Assembly (NCBI GenBank): GCA_977017575.1
Contig: CDRNVI010000056.1
Span: 384,884-448,883 of the forward strand
DNA from: Paramoeba atlantica
Lineage: Eukaryota > Protista > Discosea
Direction of reading: 5' to 3'
DNA length: 64,000 bases
Made by a program: the position numbers and the translations under genes. Below, piece by piece: positions 19,205 to 32,406 of this stretch. The notes under the pieces are model-generated. The model made no database searches, had not been told where the DNA came from, and saw only the letters and a program-made list of their open reading frames with translations. How positions within the stretch are numbered: the stretch's first letter is position 1; each line of letters opens with the position of its first letter.

Positions 19205-20450
19205 GACGCGTAGGATGTGTTCTCACGCGCAGGATGAAAGTCACGCTCAGGAAAAGTGTACCGCTTTTTAGAGCATCCTATCTCAAAATTCAAAATGACG
19301 TCAGATTTACCTCTTTCCGCCTGCACGGTGAAGGGGCGTTTTCAAAAATCTCTGGACGCGACGTTTGCATGACTTCCGTGCATGGCGTGCGTCGATTGCG
19401 AAACGCCAAACCAGCAAGCTATATCTCCTGAGTGGTCGTGCTTCGAGCGATATTTTCTGTAGAGATAGAGTTTTTCCGTTAGTCAGTATGATTGCGAAAC
19501 AAAACGTGGGTTTCGCCAGACCAGTTTTTGTCCGTTCTTCCCTGAATCAAATCTTCAAATTTTTTAACCCTTTCTACTTGATGAGTGTTCTGAGCGCTCT
19601 TATTTTGCTCCGATGTTTGCTTTGGGCACTCTTTTTACATGATTTCACTGATACTATAAGACTTCCCCTCTTCTAACGCAAGAATTTGTTGTCATCGGAC
19701 ATTCTTTTAGTCAAATCAATGCTTGATTGCACAAGCTTCCTGCATCTCAAGGGGGGGTTGTATTTCTCTATACCTCTTTCACTTTTCACCTGCTCTTCCA
19801 AGCAACAGGGTCACAGGGCGCGCGCGTATTGTAATAGTGTGGTGGAAAAACGTCGGTTTCACACGAAACTCGCATCCACCGTGCGACCCCATTCCGTGGA
19901 GAACGATCTTTGTTTTCTTCGATCGCACTGATTCCGTTAGATGCACAGAGCGTGATTTCACGTGAATCGAACAATTCCGCGAGATGTTTTACTTGGGGCA
20001 AAGCAGGGCAGCACATGAACAATGAAAACAGGACGCGCAATGGCGCGGAACACCTTCCACGTGACACCTTCCGAAACGCGTTCTGCACAATCCAGGTATA
20101 AAACAACGAATTTCTTCGCCCGGCCGTTGCAAAGACCCACCCCTTACCGATAGATTTCGTAGCTCTGCTCTAAACGTGAACGCATCGTGCTCAACCTCTC
20201 TTCCCGACTGTGTCATCGCAAAAATTGTATGTGTCACTTCTGGGCCGTTCGCATGGGCATGTGTTGGGCACACTCAAACCCCCATTGCATTCATCAATGC
20301 GACCTACGGTTGTGAATGTCGCCTTGCTTGGGGGGGGGGCTGTAAGGATCGTTAAGCGAGCGAAATCGGGGAGTTTCCATTATGACATGAATTAGCAAGG
20401 TAAAGTGCACCGCTATGGACACACAAAATTCGAGACACACCACGACGGAA

Positions 20451-20531
20451 GCGTCCATACCCAAGTGGTTAAGGGGCCTGACTTGAAATCAGGTGTGTTC
20501 TCACGCGCAGGTTCGAACCCTGCTGGGCGCG
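20451..20531 (+). tRNA. tRNA-Ser(TGA) copy 1
   Basis: Cloverleaf: GCGTCCA/TGGGCGC acceptor, CCTGA-CTTGAAA-TCAGG anticodon arm, long variable arm, GCAGG-TTCGAAC-CCTGC T arm, discriminator G, followed by T5 terminator. Confidence 0.95.
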
Positions 20532-21936
20532 TTTTTGCGATTCTCTTCGTTCACAATCGTGTGGCCGCTTTTGGGCGCGCGCGAGAGATGCAACGTGAAT
20601 CGCAGAAGCAATGGTACATTTTAGGGTATTTTCTTTGCTGAAATGAAGTCTTTTTGGCCTGTGTAGCAGATGACGTTTTGGCGGCAGAGACGGTGAATGG
20701 GTAGATGGCCGTGCGCGTGTCAAATGTAAAAGCCCGAAAAGTGTACCGCTTTTTAGCGCATCATATCTTAAAATTCAAAATGACGTCAGATTTACCTCTT
20801 TCCGCCTGCACGGTGAAGGGGGGTTTTCAGATATCTCTGGACGCGACGTTTGCATGACTTCCGTGCATGGCGTGCGTCGATTGCGAAACGCCGAACCAGC
20901 AAGCTACACCTCCTGAGTGGTCGTGCTTCGCGCGATATTTTCTGTAGAGATAGAGTTTTTCCGTTAGTCAGTATGATTGCGAAACAAAACGTGGGTTTCG
21001 CCAGTCCACTTTTTGTCCGTTCTTCCCTGAATCAAATCTTAAACAATTTTAACCCTTTCTAATTGATGAGTGTTCTGATCGCTCGTGCTTTGCTCTGATA
21101 TTTGCTTTGGGCACTCTTTTCACATGATTTCACTGATACTATAAGACTTCCCCTCTTCTAACGCAAGAATTTGTTGTCATCGGACATTCTTTTAGTCAAA
21201 TCAATGCTTGATTGCACAAGCTTCCTGCATCTCAAGGGGGGGGTTGTATTTCTCTATACCTCTTTCACTTTTCACCTGCTCTTCCAAGCAACAGGGTCAC
21301 AGGGCGCGCGCGTATTGTAATAGTGTGGTGGAAAAACGTCGGTTTCACACGAAACTCGCATCCACCGTGCGACCCCATTCCGTGGAGAACGATCTTTGTT
21401 TTCTTCGATCGCACTGATTCCGTTAGATGCACAGAGCGTGATTTCACGTGAATCGAACAATTCCGCGAGATGTTTTACTTGGGGCAAAGCATGGCAGCAC
21501 ATGAACAATGAAAACAGGACGCGCAATGGCGCGGAACACCTTCCACGTGACACCTTCCGAAACGCGTTCTGCACAATCCAGGTATAAAACAACGAATTTC
21601 TTCGCCCGGCCGTTGCAAAGACCCACCCCTTACCGATAGATTTCGTAGCTCTGCTCTAAACGTGAACGCATCGTGCTCAACCTCTCTTCCCGACTATGTC
21701 ATCGCAAAAATTGTATGTGTCACTTCTGGGCCGTTCGCATGGGCATGTGTTGGGCACACTCAAACCCCCATTGCATTCATCAATGCGACCTACGGTTGTG
21801 AATGTCGCCTTGCTTGGGGGGGGGGCTGTAAGGATCGTTAAGCGAGCGAAATCGGGGAGTTTCCATTATGACATGAATTAGCAAGGTAAAGTGCACCGCT
21901 ATGGACACACAAAATTCGAGACACACCACGACGGAA

Positions 21937-22017
21937 GCGTCCATACCCAAGTGGTTAAGGGGCCTGACTTGAAATCAGGTGTGTTCTCACGCGCAGGTTC
22001 GAACCCTGCTGGGCGCG
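21937..22017 (+). tRNA. tRNA-Ser(TGA) copy 2
   Basis: Identical to copy 1. Confidence 0.95.
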
Positions 22018-23426
22018 TTTTTGCGATTCTCTTCGTTCACAATCGTGTGGCCGCTTTTGGGCGCGCGCGAGAGACGCAACGTGAATCGCAGAAGCAATGG
22101 TACATTTTAGGGTATTTTCTTTGCTGAAATGAAGTCTTTTTGGCCTGTGTAGCAGATGACGTTTTGGCGGCAGAGACGGTGAATGGGTAGATGGCCGTGC
22201 GCGTGTCAAATGTAAAAGCCCGAAAAGTGTACCGCTTTTTAGCGCATCATATCTTAAAATTCAAAATGACGTCAGATTTACCTCTTTCCGCCTGCACGGT
22301 GAAGGGGGGTTTTCAGATATCTCTGGACGCGACGTTTGCATGACTTCCGTGCATGGCGTGCGTCGATTGCGAAACGCCGAACCAGCAAGCTACACCTCCT
22401 GAGTGGTCGTGCTTCGCGCGATATTTTCTGTAGAGATAGAGTTTTTCCGTTAGTCAGTATGATTGCGAAACAAAACGTGGGTTTCGCCAGTCCACTTTTT
22501 GTCCGTTCTTCCCTGAATCAAATCTTAAACAATTTTAACCCTTTCTAATTGATGAGTGTTCTGATCGCTCGTGCTTTGCTCTGATATTTGCTTTGGGCAC
22601 TCTTTTCACATGATTTCACTGATACTATAAGACTTCCCCTCTTCTAACGCAAGAATTTGTTGTCATCGGACATTCTTTTGGTCAAATCAATGCTTGATTG
22701 CACAAGCTTCCTGCATCTCAAGGGGGGGTTGTATTTCTCTATACCTCTTTCACTTTTCACCTGCTCTTCCAAGCAACAGGGTCACAGGGCGCGCGCGTAT
22801 TGTAATAGTGTGGTGGAAAAACGTCGGTTTCACACGAAACTCGCATCCACCGTGCGACCCCATTCCGTGGAGAACGATCTTTGTTTTCTTCGATCGCACT
22901 GATTCCGTTAGATGCACAGAGCGTGATTTCACGTGAATCGAACAATTCCGCGAGATGTTTTACTTGGGGCAAAGCATGGAAGCACATGAACAATGAAAAC
23001 AGGACGCGCAATGGCGCGGAACACCTTCCACGTGACACCTTCCGAAACGCGTTCTGCACAACCCAGGTATAAAACAACGAATTTCTTCGCCCGGCCGTTG
23101 CAAAGACCCACCCCTTACCGATAGATTTCGTAGCTCTGCTCTAAACGTGAACGCATCGTGCTCAACCTCTCTTCCCGACTATGTCATCGCAAAAATTGTA
23201 TGTGTCACTTCTGGGCCGTTCGCATGGGCATGTGTTGGGCACACTCAAACCCCCATTGCATTCATCAATGCGACCTACGGTTGTGAATGTCGCCTTGCTT
23301 GGGGGGGGGGGGGGGATGTAAGGATCGTTAAGCGAGCGAAATCGGGGAGTTTCCATTATGACATGAATTAGCAAGGTAAAGTGCACCGCTATGGACACAC
23401 AAAATTCGAGACACACCACGACGGAA

Positions 23427-23507
23427 GCGTCCATACCCAAGTGGTTAAGGGGCCTGACTTGAAATCAGGTGTGTTCTCACGCGCAGGTTCGAACCCTGCT
23501 GGGCGCG
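23427..23507 (+). tRNA. tRNA-Ser(TGA) copy 3
   Basis: Identical to copy 1. Confidence 0.95.
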
Positions 23508-24914
23508 TTTTTGCGATTCTCTTCGTTCACAATCGTGTGGCCGCTTTTGGGCGCGCGCGAGAGACGCAACGTGAATCGCAGAAGCAATGGTACATTTTAG
23601 GGTATTTTCTTTGCTGAAATGAAGTCTTTTTGGCCTGTGTAGCAGATGACGTTTTGGCGGCAGAGACGGTGAATGGGTAGATGGCCGTGCGCGTGTCAAA
23701 TGTAAAAGCCCGAAAAGTGTACCGCTTTTTAGCGCATCATATCTTAAAATTCAAAATGACGTCAGATTTACCTCTTTCCGCCTGCACGGTGAAGGGGGGT
23801 TTTCAGATATCTCTGGACGCGACGTTTGCATGACTTCCGTGCATGGCGTGCGTCGATTGCGAAACGCCGAACCAGCAAGCTACACCTCCTGAGTGGTCGT
23901 GCTTCGCGCGATATTTTCTGTAGAGATAGAGTTTTTCCGTTAGTCAGTATGATTGCGAAACAAAACGTGGGTTTCGCCAGTCCACTTTTTGTCCGTTCTT
24001 CCCTGAATCAAATCTTAAACAATTTTAACCCTTTCTAATTGATGAGTGTTCTGATCGCTCGTGCTTTGCTCTGATATTTGCTTTGGGCACTCTTTTCCCA
24101 TGATTTCACTGATACTATAAGACTTCCCCTCTTCTAACGCAAGAATTTGTTGTCATCGGACATTCTTTTAGTCAAATCAATGCTTGATTGCACAAGCTTC
24201 CTGCATCTCAAGGGGGGGGTTGTATTTCTCTATACCTCTTTCACTTTTCACCTGCTCTTCCAAGCAACAGGGTCACAGGGCGCGCGCGTATTGTAATAGT
24301 GTGGTGGAAAAACGTCGGTTTCACACGAAACTCGCATCCACCGTGCGACCCCATTCCGTGGAGAACGATCTTTGTTTTCTTCGATCGCACTGATTCCGTT
24401 AGATGCACAGAGCGTGATTTCACGTGAATCGAACAATTCCGCGAGATGTTTTACTTGGGGCAAAGCATGGCAGCACATGAACAATGAAAACAGGACGCGC
24501 AATGGCGCGGAACACCTTCCACGTGACACCTTCCGAAACGCGTTCTGCACAATCCAGGTATAAAACAACGAATTTCTTCGCCCGGCCGTTGCAAAGACCC
24601 ACCCCTTACCGATAGATTTCGTAGCTCTGCTCTAAACGTGAACGCATCGTGCTCAACCTCTCTTCCCGACTATGTCATCGCAAAAATTGTATGTGTCACT
24701 TCTGGGCCGTTCGCATGGGCATGTGTTGGGCACACTCAAACCCCCATTGCATTCATCAATGCGACCTACGGTTGTGAATGTCGCCTTGCTTGGGGGGGGG
24801 GGGATGTAAGGATCGTTAAGCGAGCGAAATCGGGGAGTTTCCATTATGACATGAATTAGCAAGGTAAAGTGCACCGCTATGGACACACAAAATTCGAGAC
24901 ACACCACGACGGAA

Positions 24915-24995
24915 GCGTCCATACCCAAGTGGTTAAGGGGCCTGACTTGAAATCAGGTGTGTTCTCACGCGCAGGTTCGAACCCTGCTGGGCGCG
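24915..24995 (+). tRNA. tRNA-Ser(TGA) copy 4
   Basis: Identical to copy 1. Confidence 0.95.
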
Positions 24996-26404
24996 TTTTT
25001 GCGATTCTCTTCGTTCACAATCGTGTAGCCGCTTTTGGGCGCGCGCGAGAGACGCAACGTGAATCGCAGAAGCAATGGTACATTTTAGGGTATTTTCTTT
25101 GCTGAAATGAAGTCTTTTTGGCCTGTGTAGCAGATGACGTTTTGGCGGCAGAGACGGTGAATGGGTAGATGGCCGTGCGCGTGTCAAATGTAAAAGCCCG
25201 AAAAGTGTACCGCTTTTTAGCGCATCATATCTTAAAATTCAAAATGACGTCAGATTTACCTCTTTCCGCCTGCACGGTGAAGGGGGGTTTTCAGATATCT
25301 CTGGACGCGACGTTTGCATGACTTCCGTGCATGGCGTGCGTCGATTGCGAAACGCCGAACCAGCAAGCTACACCTCCTGAGTGGTCGTGCTTCGCGCGAT
25401 ATTTTCTGTAGAGATAGAGTTTTTCCGTTAGTCAGTATGATTGCGAAACAAAACGTGGGTTTCGCCAGTCCACTTTTTGTCCGTTCTTCCCTGAATCAAA
25501 TCTTAAACAATTTTAACCCTTTCTAATTGATGAGTGTTCTGATCGCTCGTGCTTTGCTCTGATATTTGCTTTGGGCACTCTTTTCCCATGATTTCACTGA
25601 TACTATAAGACTTCCCCTCTTCTAACGCAAGAATTTGTTGTCATCGGACATTCTTTTAGTCAAATCAATGCTTGATTGCACAAGCTTCCTGCATCTCAAG
25701 GGGGGGGGTTGTATTTCTCTATACCTCTTTCACTTTTCACCTGCTCTTCCAAGCAACAGGGTCACAGGGCGCGCGCGTATTGTAATAGTGTGGTGGAAAA
25801 ACGTCGGTTTCACACGAAACTCGCATCCACCGTGCGACCCCATTCCGTGGAGAACGATCTTTGTTTTCTTCGATCGCACTGATTCCGTTAGATGCACAGA
25901 GCGTGATTTCACGTGAATCGAACAATTCCGCGAGATGTTTTACTTGGGGCAAAGCATGGCAGCACATGAACAATGAAAACAGGACGCGCAATGGCGCGGA
26001 ACACCTTCCACGTGACACCTTCCGAAACGCGTTCTGCACAATCCAGGTATAAAACAACGAATTTCTTCGCCCGGCCGTTGCAAAGACCCACCCCTTACCG
26101 ATAGATTTCGTAGCTCTGCTCTAAACGTGAACGCATCGTGCTCAACCTCTCTTCCCGACTATGTCATCGCAAAAATTGTATGTGTCACTTCTGGGCCGTT
26201 CGCATGGGCATGTGTTGGGCACACTCAAACCCCCATTGCATTCATCAATGCGACCTACGGTTGTGAATGTCGCCTTGCTTGGGGGGGGGGGGGATGTAAG
26301 GATCGTTAAGCGAGCGAAATCGGGGAGTTTCCATTATGACATGAATTAGCAAGGTAAAGTGCACCGCTATGGACACACAAAATTCGAGACACACCACGAC
26401 GGAA

Positions 26405-26485
26405 GCGTCCATACCCAAGTGGTTAAGGGGCCTGACTTGAAATCAGGTGTGTTCTCACGCGCAGGTTCGAACCCTGCTGGGCGCG
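26405..26485 (+). tRNA. tRNA-Ser(TGA) copy 5
   Basis: Identical to copy 1. Confidence 0.95.
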
Positions 26486-27898
26486 TTTTTGCGATTCTCT
26501 TCGTTCACAATCGTGTAGCCGCTTTTGGGCGCGCGCGAGAGACGCAACGTGAATCGCAGAAGCAATGGTACATTTTAGGGTATTTTCTTTGCTGAAATGA
26601 AGTCTTTTTGGCCTGTGTAGCAGATGACGTTTTGGCGGCAGAGACGGTGAATGGGTAGATGGCCGTGCGCGTGTCAAATGTAAAAGCCCGAAAAGTGTAC
26701 CGCTTTTTAGCGCATCATATCTTAAAATTCAAAATGACGTCAGATTTACCTCTTTCCGCCTGCACGGTGAAGGGGGGTTTTCAGATATCTCTGGACGCGA
26801 CGTTTGCATGACTTCCGTGCATGGCGTGCGTCGATTGCGAAACGCCGAACCAGCAAGCTACACCTCCTGAGTGGTCGTGCTTCGCGCGATATTTTCTGTA
26901 GAGATAGAGTTTTTCCGTTAGTCAGTATGATTGCGAAACAAAACGTGGGTTTCGCCAGTCCACTTTTTGTCCGTTCTTCCCTGAATCAAATCTTAAACAA
27001 TTTTAACCCTTTCTAATTGATGAGTGTTCTGATCGCTCGTGCTTTGCTCTGATATTTGCTTTGGGCACTCTTTTCCCATGATTTCACTGATACTATAAGA
27101 CTTCCCCTCTTCTAACGCAAGAATTTGTTGTCATCGGACATTCTTTTAGTCAAATCAATGCTTGATTGCACAAGCTTCCTGCATCTCAAGGGGGGGGGGT
27201 TGTATTTCTCTATACCTCTTTCACTTTTCACCTGCTCTTCCAAGCAACAGGGTCACAGGGCGCGCGCGTATTGTAATAGTGTGGTGGAAAAACGTCGGTT
27301 TCACACGAAACTCGCATCCACCGTGCGACCCCATTCCGTGGAGAACGATCTTTGTTTTCTTCGATCGCACTGATTCCGTTAGATGCACAGAGCGTGATTT
27401 CACGTGAATCGAACAATTCCGCGAGATGTTTTACTTGGGGCAAAGCATGGCAGCACATGAACAATGAAAACAGGACGCGCAATGGCGCGGAACACCTTCC
27501 ACGTGACACCTTCCGAAACGCGTTCTGCACAATCCAGGTATAAAACAACGAATTTCTTCGCCCGGCCGTTGCAAAGACCCACCCCTTACCGATAGATTTC
27601 GTAGCTCTGCTCTAAACGTGAACGCATCGTGCTCAACCTCTCTTCCCGACTATGTCATCGCAAAAATTGTATGTGTCACTTCTGGGCCGTTCGCATGGGC
27701 ATGTGTTGGGCACACTCAAACCCCCATTGCATTCATCAATGCGACCTACGGTTGTGAATGTCGCCTTGCTTGGGGGGGGGGGGGGGGCTGTAAGGATCGT
27801 TAAGCGAGCGAAATCGGGGAGTTTCCATTATGACATGAATTAGCAAGGTAAAGTGCACCGCTATGGACACACAAAATTCGAGACACACCACGACGGAA

Positions 27899-27979
27899 GC
27901 GTCCATACCCAAGTGGTTAAGGGGCCTGACTTGAAATCAGGTGTGTTCTCACGCGCAGGTTCGAACCCTGCTGGGCGCG
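27899..27979 (+). tRNA. tRNA-Ser(TGA) copy 6
   Basis: Identical to copy 1. Confidence 0.95.
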
Positions 27980-29384
27980 TTTTTGCGATTCTCTTCGTTC
28001 ACAATCGTGTGGCCGCTTTTGGGCGCGCGCGAGAGACGCAACGTGAATCGCAGAAGCAATGGTACATTTTAGGGTATTTTCTTTGCTGAAATGAAGTCTT
28101 TTTGGCCTGTGTAGCAGATGACGTTTTGGCGGCAGAGACGGTGAATGGGTAGATGGCCGTGCGCGTGTCAAATGTAAAAGCCCGAAAAGTGTACCGCTTT
28201 TTAGCGCATCATATCTTAAAATTCAAAATGACGTCAGATTTACCTCTTTCCGCCTGCACGGTGAAGGGGGGTTTTCAGATATCTCTGGACGCGACGTTTG
28301 CATGACTTCCGTGCATGGCGTGCGTCGATTGCGAAACGCCGAACCAGCAAGCTACACCTCCTGAGTGGTCGTGCTTCGCGCGATATTTTCTGTAGAGATA
28401 GAGTTTTTCCGTTAGTCAGTATGATTGCGAAACAAAACGTGGGTTTCGCCAGTCCACTTTTTGTCCGTTCTTCCCTGAATCAAATCTTAAACAATTTTAA
28501 CCCTTTCTAATTGATGAGCGTTCTGATCGCTCGTGCTTTGCTCTGATATTTGCTTTGGGCACTCTTTTCACATGATTTCACTGATACTATAAGACTTCCC
28601 CTCTTCTAACGCAAGAATTTGTTGTCATCGGACATTCTTTTAGTCAAATCAATGCTTGATTGCACAAGCTTCCTGCATCTCAAGGGGGGGTTGTATTTCT
28701 CTATACCTCTTTCACTTTTCACCTGCTCTTCCAAGCAACAGGGTCACAGGGCGCGCGCGTATTGTAATAGTGTGGTGGAAAAACGTCGGTTTCACACGAA
28801 ACTCGCATCCACCGTGCGACCCCATTCCGTGGAGAACGATCTTTGTTTTCTTCGATCGCACTGATTCCGTTAGATGCACAGAGCGTGATTTCACGTGAAT
28901 CGAACAATTCCGCGAGATGTTTTACTTGGGGCAAAGCATGGCAGCACATGAACAATGAAAACAGGACGCGCAATGGCGCGGAACACCTTCCACGTGACAC
29001 CTTCCGAAACGCGTTCTGCACAATCCAGGTATAAAACAACGAATTTCTTCGCCCGGCCGTTGCAAAGACCCACCCCTTACCGATAGATTTCGTAGCTCTG
29101 CTCTAAACGTGAACGCATCGTGCTCAACCTCTCTTCCCGACTATGTCATCGCAAAAATTGTATGTGTCACTTCTGGGCCGTTCGCATGGGCATGTGTTGG
29201 GCACACTCAAACCCCCATTGCATTCATCAATGCGACCTACGGTTGTGAATGTCGCCTTGCTTGGGGGGGGGGGCTGTAAGGATCGTTAAGCGAGCGAAAT
29301 CGGGGAGTTTCCATTATGACATGAATTAGCAAGGTAAAGTGCACCGCTATGGACACACAAAATTCGAGACACACCACGACGGAA

Positions 29385-29465
29385 GCGTCCATACCCAAGT
29401 GGTTAAGGGGCCTGACTTGAAATCAGGTGTGTTCTCACGCGCAGGTTCGAACCCTGCTGGGCGCG
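29385..29465 (+). tRNA. tRNA-Ser(TGA) copy 7
   Basis: Identical to copy 1. Confidence 0.95.
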
Positions 29466-30871
29466 TTTTTGCGATTCTCTTCGTTCACAATCGTGTGGCC
29501 GCTTTTGGGCGCGCGCGAGAGACGCAACGTGAATCGCAGAAGCAATGGTACATTTTAGGGTATTTTCTTTGCTGAAATGAAGTCTTTTTGGCCTGTGTAG
29601 CAGATGACGTTTTGGCGGCAGAGACGGTGAATGGGTAGATGGCCGTGCGCGTGTCAAATGTAAAAGCCCGAAAAGTGTACCGCTTTTTAGCGCATCATAT
29701 CTTAAAATTCAAAATGACGTCAGATTTACCTCTTTCCGCCTGCACGGTGAAGGGGGGTTTTCAGATATCTCTGGACGCGACGTTTGCATGACTTCCGTGC
29801 ATGGCGTGCGTCGATTGCGAAACGCCGAACCAGCAAGCTACACCTCCTGAGTGGTCGTGCTTCGCGCGATATTTTCTGTAGAGATAGAGTTTTTCCGTTA
29901 GTCAGTATGATTGCGAAACAAAACGTGGGTTTCGCCAGTCCACTTTTTGTCCGTTCTTCCCTGAATCAAATCTTAAACAATTTTAACCCTTTCTAATTGA
30001 TGAGCGTTCTGATCGCTCGTGCTTTGCTCTGATATTTGCTTTGGGCACTCTTTTCACATGATTTCACTGATACTATAAGACTTCCCCTCTTCTAACGCAA
30101 GAATTTGTTGTCATCGGACATTCTTTTAGTCAAATCAATGCTTGATTGCACAAGCTTCCTGCATCTCAAGGGGGGGTTGTATTTCTCTATACCTCTTTCA
30201 CTTTTCACCTGCTCTTCCAAGCAACAGGGTCACAGGGCGCGCGCGTATTGTAATAGTGTGGTGGAAAAACGTCGGTTTCACACGAAACTCGCATCCACCG
30301 TGCGACCCCATTCCGTGGAGAACGATCTTTGTTTTCTTCGATCGCACTGATTCCGTTAGATGCACAGAGCGTGATTTCACGTGAATCGAACAATTCCGCG
30401 AGATGTTTTACTTGGGGCAAAGCATGGCAGCACATGAACAATGAAAACAGGACGCGCAATGGCGCGGAACACCTTCCACATGACACCTTCCGAAACGCGT
30501 TCTGCACAATCCAGGTATAAAACAACGAATTTCTTCGCCCGGCCGTTGCAAAGACCCACCCCTTACCGATAGATTTCGTAGCTCTGCTCTAAACGTGAAC
30601 GCATCGTGCTCAACCTCTCTTCCCGACTATGTCATCGCAAAAATTGTATGTGTCACTTCTGGGCCGTTCGCATGGGCATGTGTTGGGCACACTCAAACCC
30701 CCATTGCATTCATCAATGCGACCTACGGTTGTGAATGTCGCCTTGCTTGGGGGGGGGGGGCTGTAAGGATCGTTAAGCGAGCGAAATCGGGGAGTTTCCA
30801 TTATGACATGAATTAGCAAGGTAAAGTGCACCGCTATGGACACACAAAATTCGAGACACACCACGACGGAA

Positions 30872-30952
30872 GCGTCCATACCCAAGTGGTTAAGGGGCCT
30901 GACTTGAAATCAGGTGTGTTCTCACGCGCAGGTTCGAACCCTGCTGGGCGCG
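30872..30952 (+). tRNA. tRNA-Ser(TGA) copy 8
   Basis: Identical to copy 1. Confidence 0.95.
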
Positions 30953-32325
30953 TTTTTGCGATTCTCTTCGTTCACAATCGTGTGGCCGCTTTTGGGCGCG
31001 CGCGAGAGACGCAACGTGAATCGCAGAAGCAATGGTACATTTTAGGGTATTTTCTTTGCTGAAATGAAGTCTTTTTGGCCTGTGTAGCAGATGACGTTTT
31101 GGCGGCAGAGACGGTGAATGGGTAGATGGCCGTGCGCGTGTCAAATGTAAAAGCCCGAAAAGTGTACCGCTTTTTAGCGCATCATATCTTAAAATTCAAA
31201 ATGACGTCAGATTTACCTCTTTCCGCCTGCACGGTGAAGGGGGGTTTTCAGATATCTCTGGACGCGACGTTTGCATGACTTCCGTGCATGGCGTGCGTCG
31301 ATTGCGAAACGCCGAACCAGCAAGCTACACCTCCTGAGTGGTCGTGCTTCGCGCGATATTTTCTGTAGAGATAGAGTTTTTCCGTTAGTCAGTATGATTG
31401 CGAAACAAAACGTGGGTTTCGCCAGTCCACTTTTTGTCCGTTCTTCCCTGAATCAAATCTTAAACAATTTTAACCCTTTCTAATTGATGAGTGTTCTGAT
31501 CGCTCGTGCTTTGCTCTGATATTTGCTTTGGGCACTCTTTTCCCATGATTTCACTGATACTATAAGACTTCCCCTCTTCTAACGCAAGAATTTGTTGTCA
31601 TCGGACATTCTTTTAGTCAAATCAATGCTTGATTGCACAAGCTTCCTGCATCTCAAGGGGGGGTTGTATTTCTCTATACCTCTTTCACTTTTCACCTGCT
31701 CTTCCAAGCAACAGGGTCACAGGGCGCGCGCGTATTGTAATAGTGTGGTGGAATTCCGTGGAGAACGATCTTTGTTTTCTTCGATCGCACTGATTCCGTT
31801 AGATGCACAGAGCGTGATTTCACGTGAATCGAAACAATTCGCGAGATTGTTTTACTTGGGGCAAAGCAGGGCAGCACATGAACAATGAAAACAGGACGCG
31901 CAATGGCGCGGAACACCCTTCCACGTGACACCTTCCGAAACGCGTTCTGCACAATCAGGTATAAAACAACGAATTTCTTCGCCCGGCCGTTGCAAAGACC
32001 CACCCCTTACCGATAGATTTTCGTAGCTCTGCTCTAAACGTGAAACGCATCGTGCTCAACCTCTCCTTCCCGACTATGTCATCGCAAAAATTGTATGTGT
32101 CACTTCTGGGCCGTTCGCATGGGCATGTGTTGGGCACACTCAAACCCCCATTGCATTCATCAATGCGACCTACGGTTGTGGAAATGTCGCCTTGCTTGGG
32201 GGGGGGGGGGGGGGCTGTAAGGATCGTTAAGCGAGCGAAATCGGGGAGTTTTCCATTATGACATGAATTAGCAAGGTAAAGTGCACGCTATGGACACACA
32301 AAATTCGAGACACACCACGACGGAA

Positions 32326-32406
32326 GCGTCCATACCCAAGTGGTTAAGGGGCCTGACTTGAAATCAGGTGTGTTCTCACGCGCAGGTTCGAACCGTGCTG
32401 GGCGCG
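32326..32406 (+). tRNA. tRNA-Ser(TGA) copy 9, T-stem variant
   Basis: 3' T-stem CCTGC changed to CGTGC (G:G mismatch). Confidence 0.85.

Noticed and set aside
20451-20531. Selenocysteine or suppressor tRNA
   Set aside because: The anticodon is TGA (reads UCA, Ser), not TCA; standard 7/5 stem geometry.
20726-20734. U5 loop-like GGCTTTTAC on the minus strand of each unit
   Set aside because: No enclosing stem or nearby Sm site; flank is altered in the last unit.
21064-21136. C/D-box snoRNA-like motifs in each unit (TGATGA...CTGA...CTGA...ATGATT...CTGA)
   Set aside because: The C' box lies 3 nt from the D box, leaving no guide; there is no terminal stem and no rRNA target that I could identify.
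21835-21836. G-tract length differences between array units as biological variation
   Set aside because: Cannot be distinguished from homopolymer sequencing error without raw reads (coordinates mark one example tract region only approximately).
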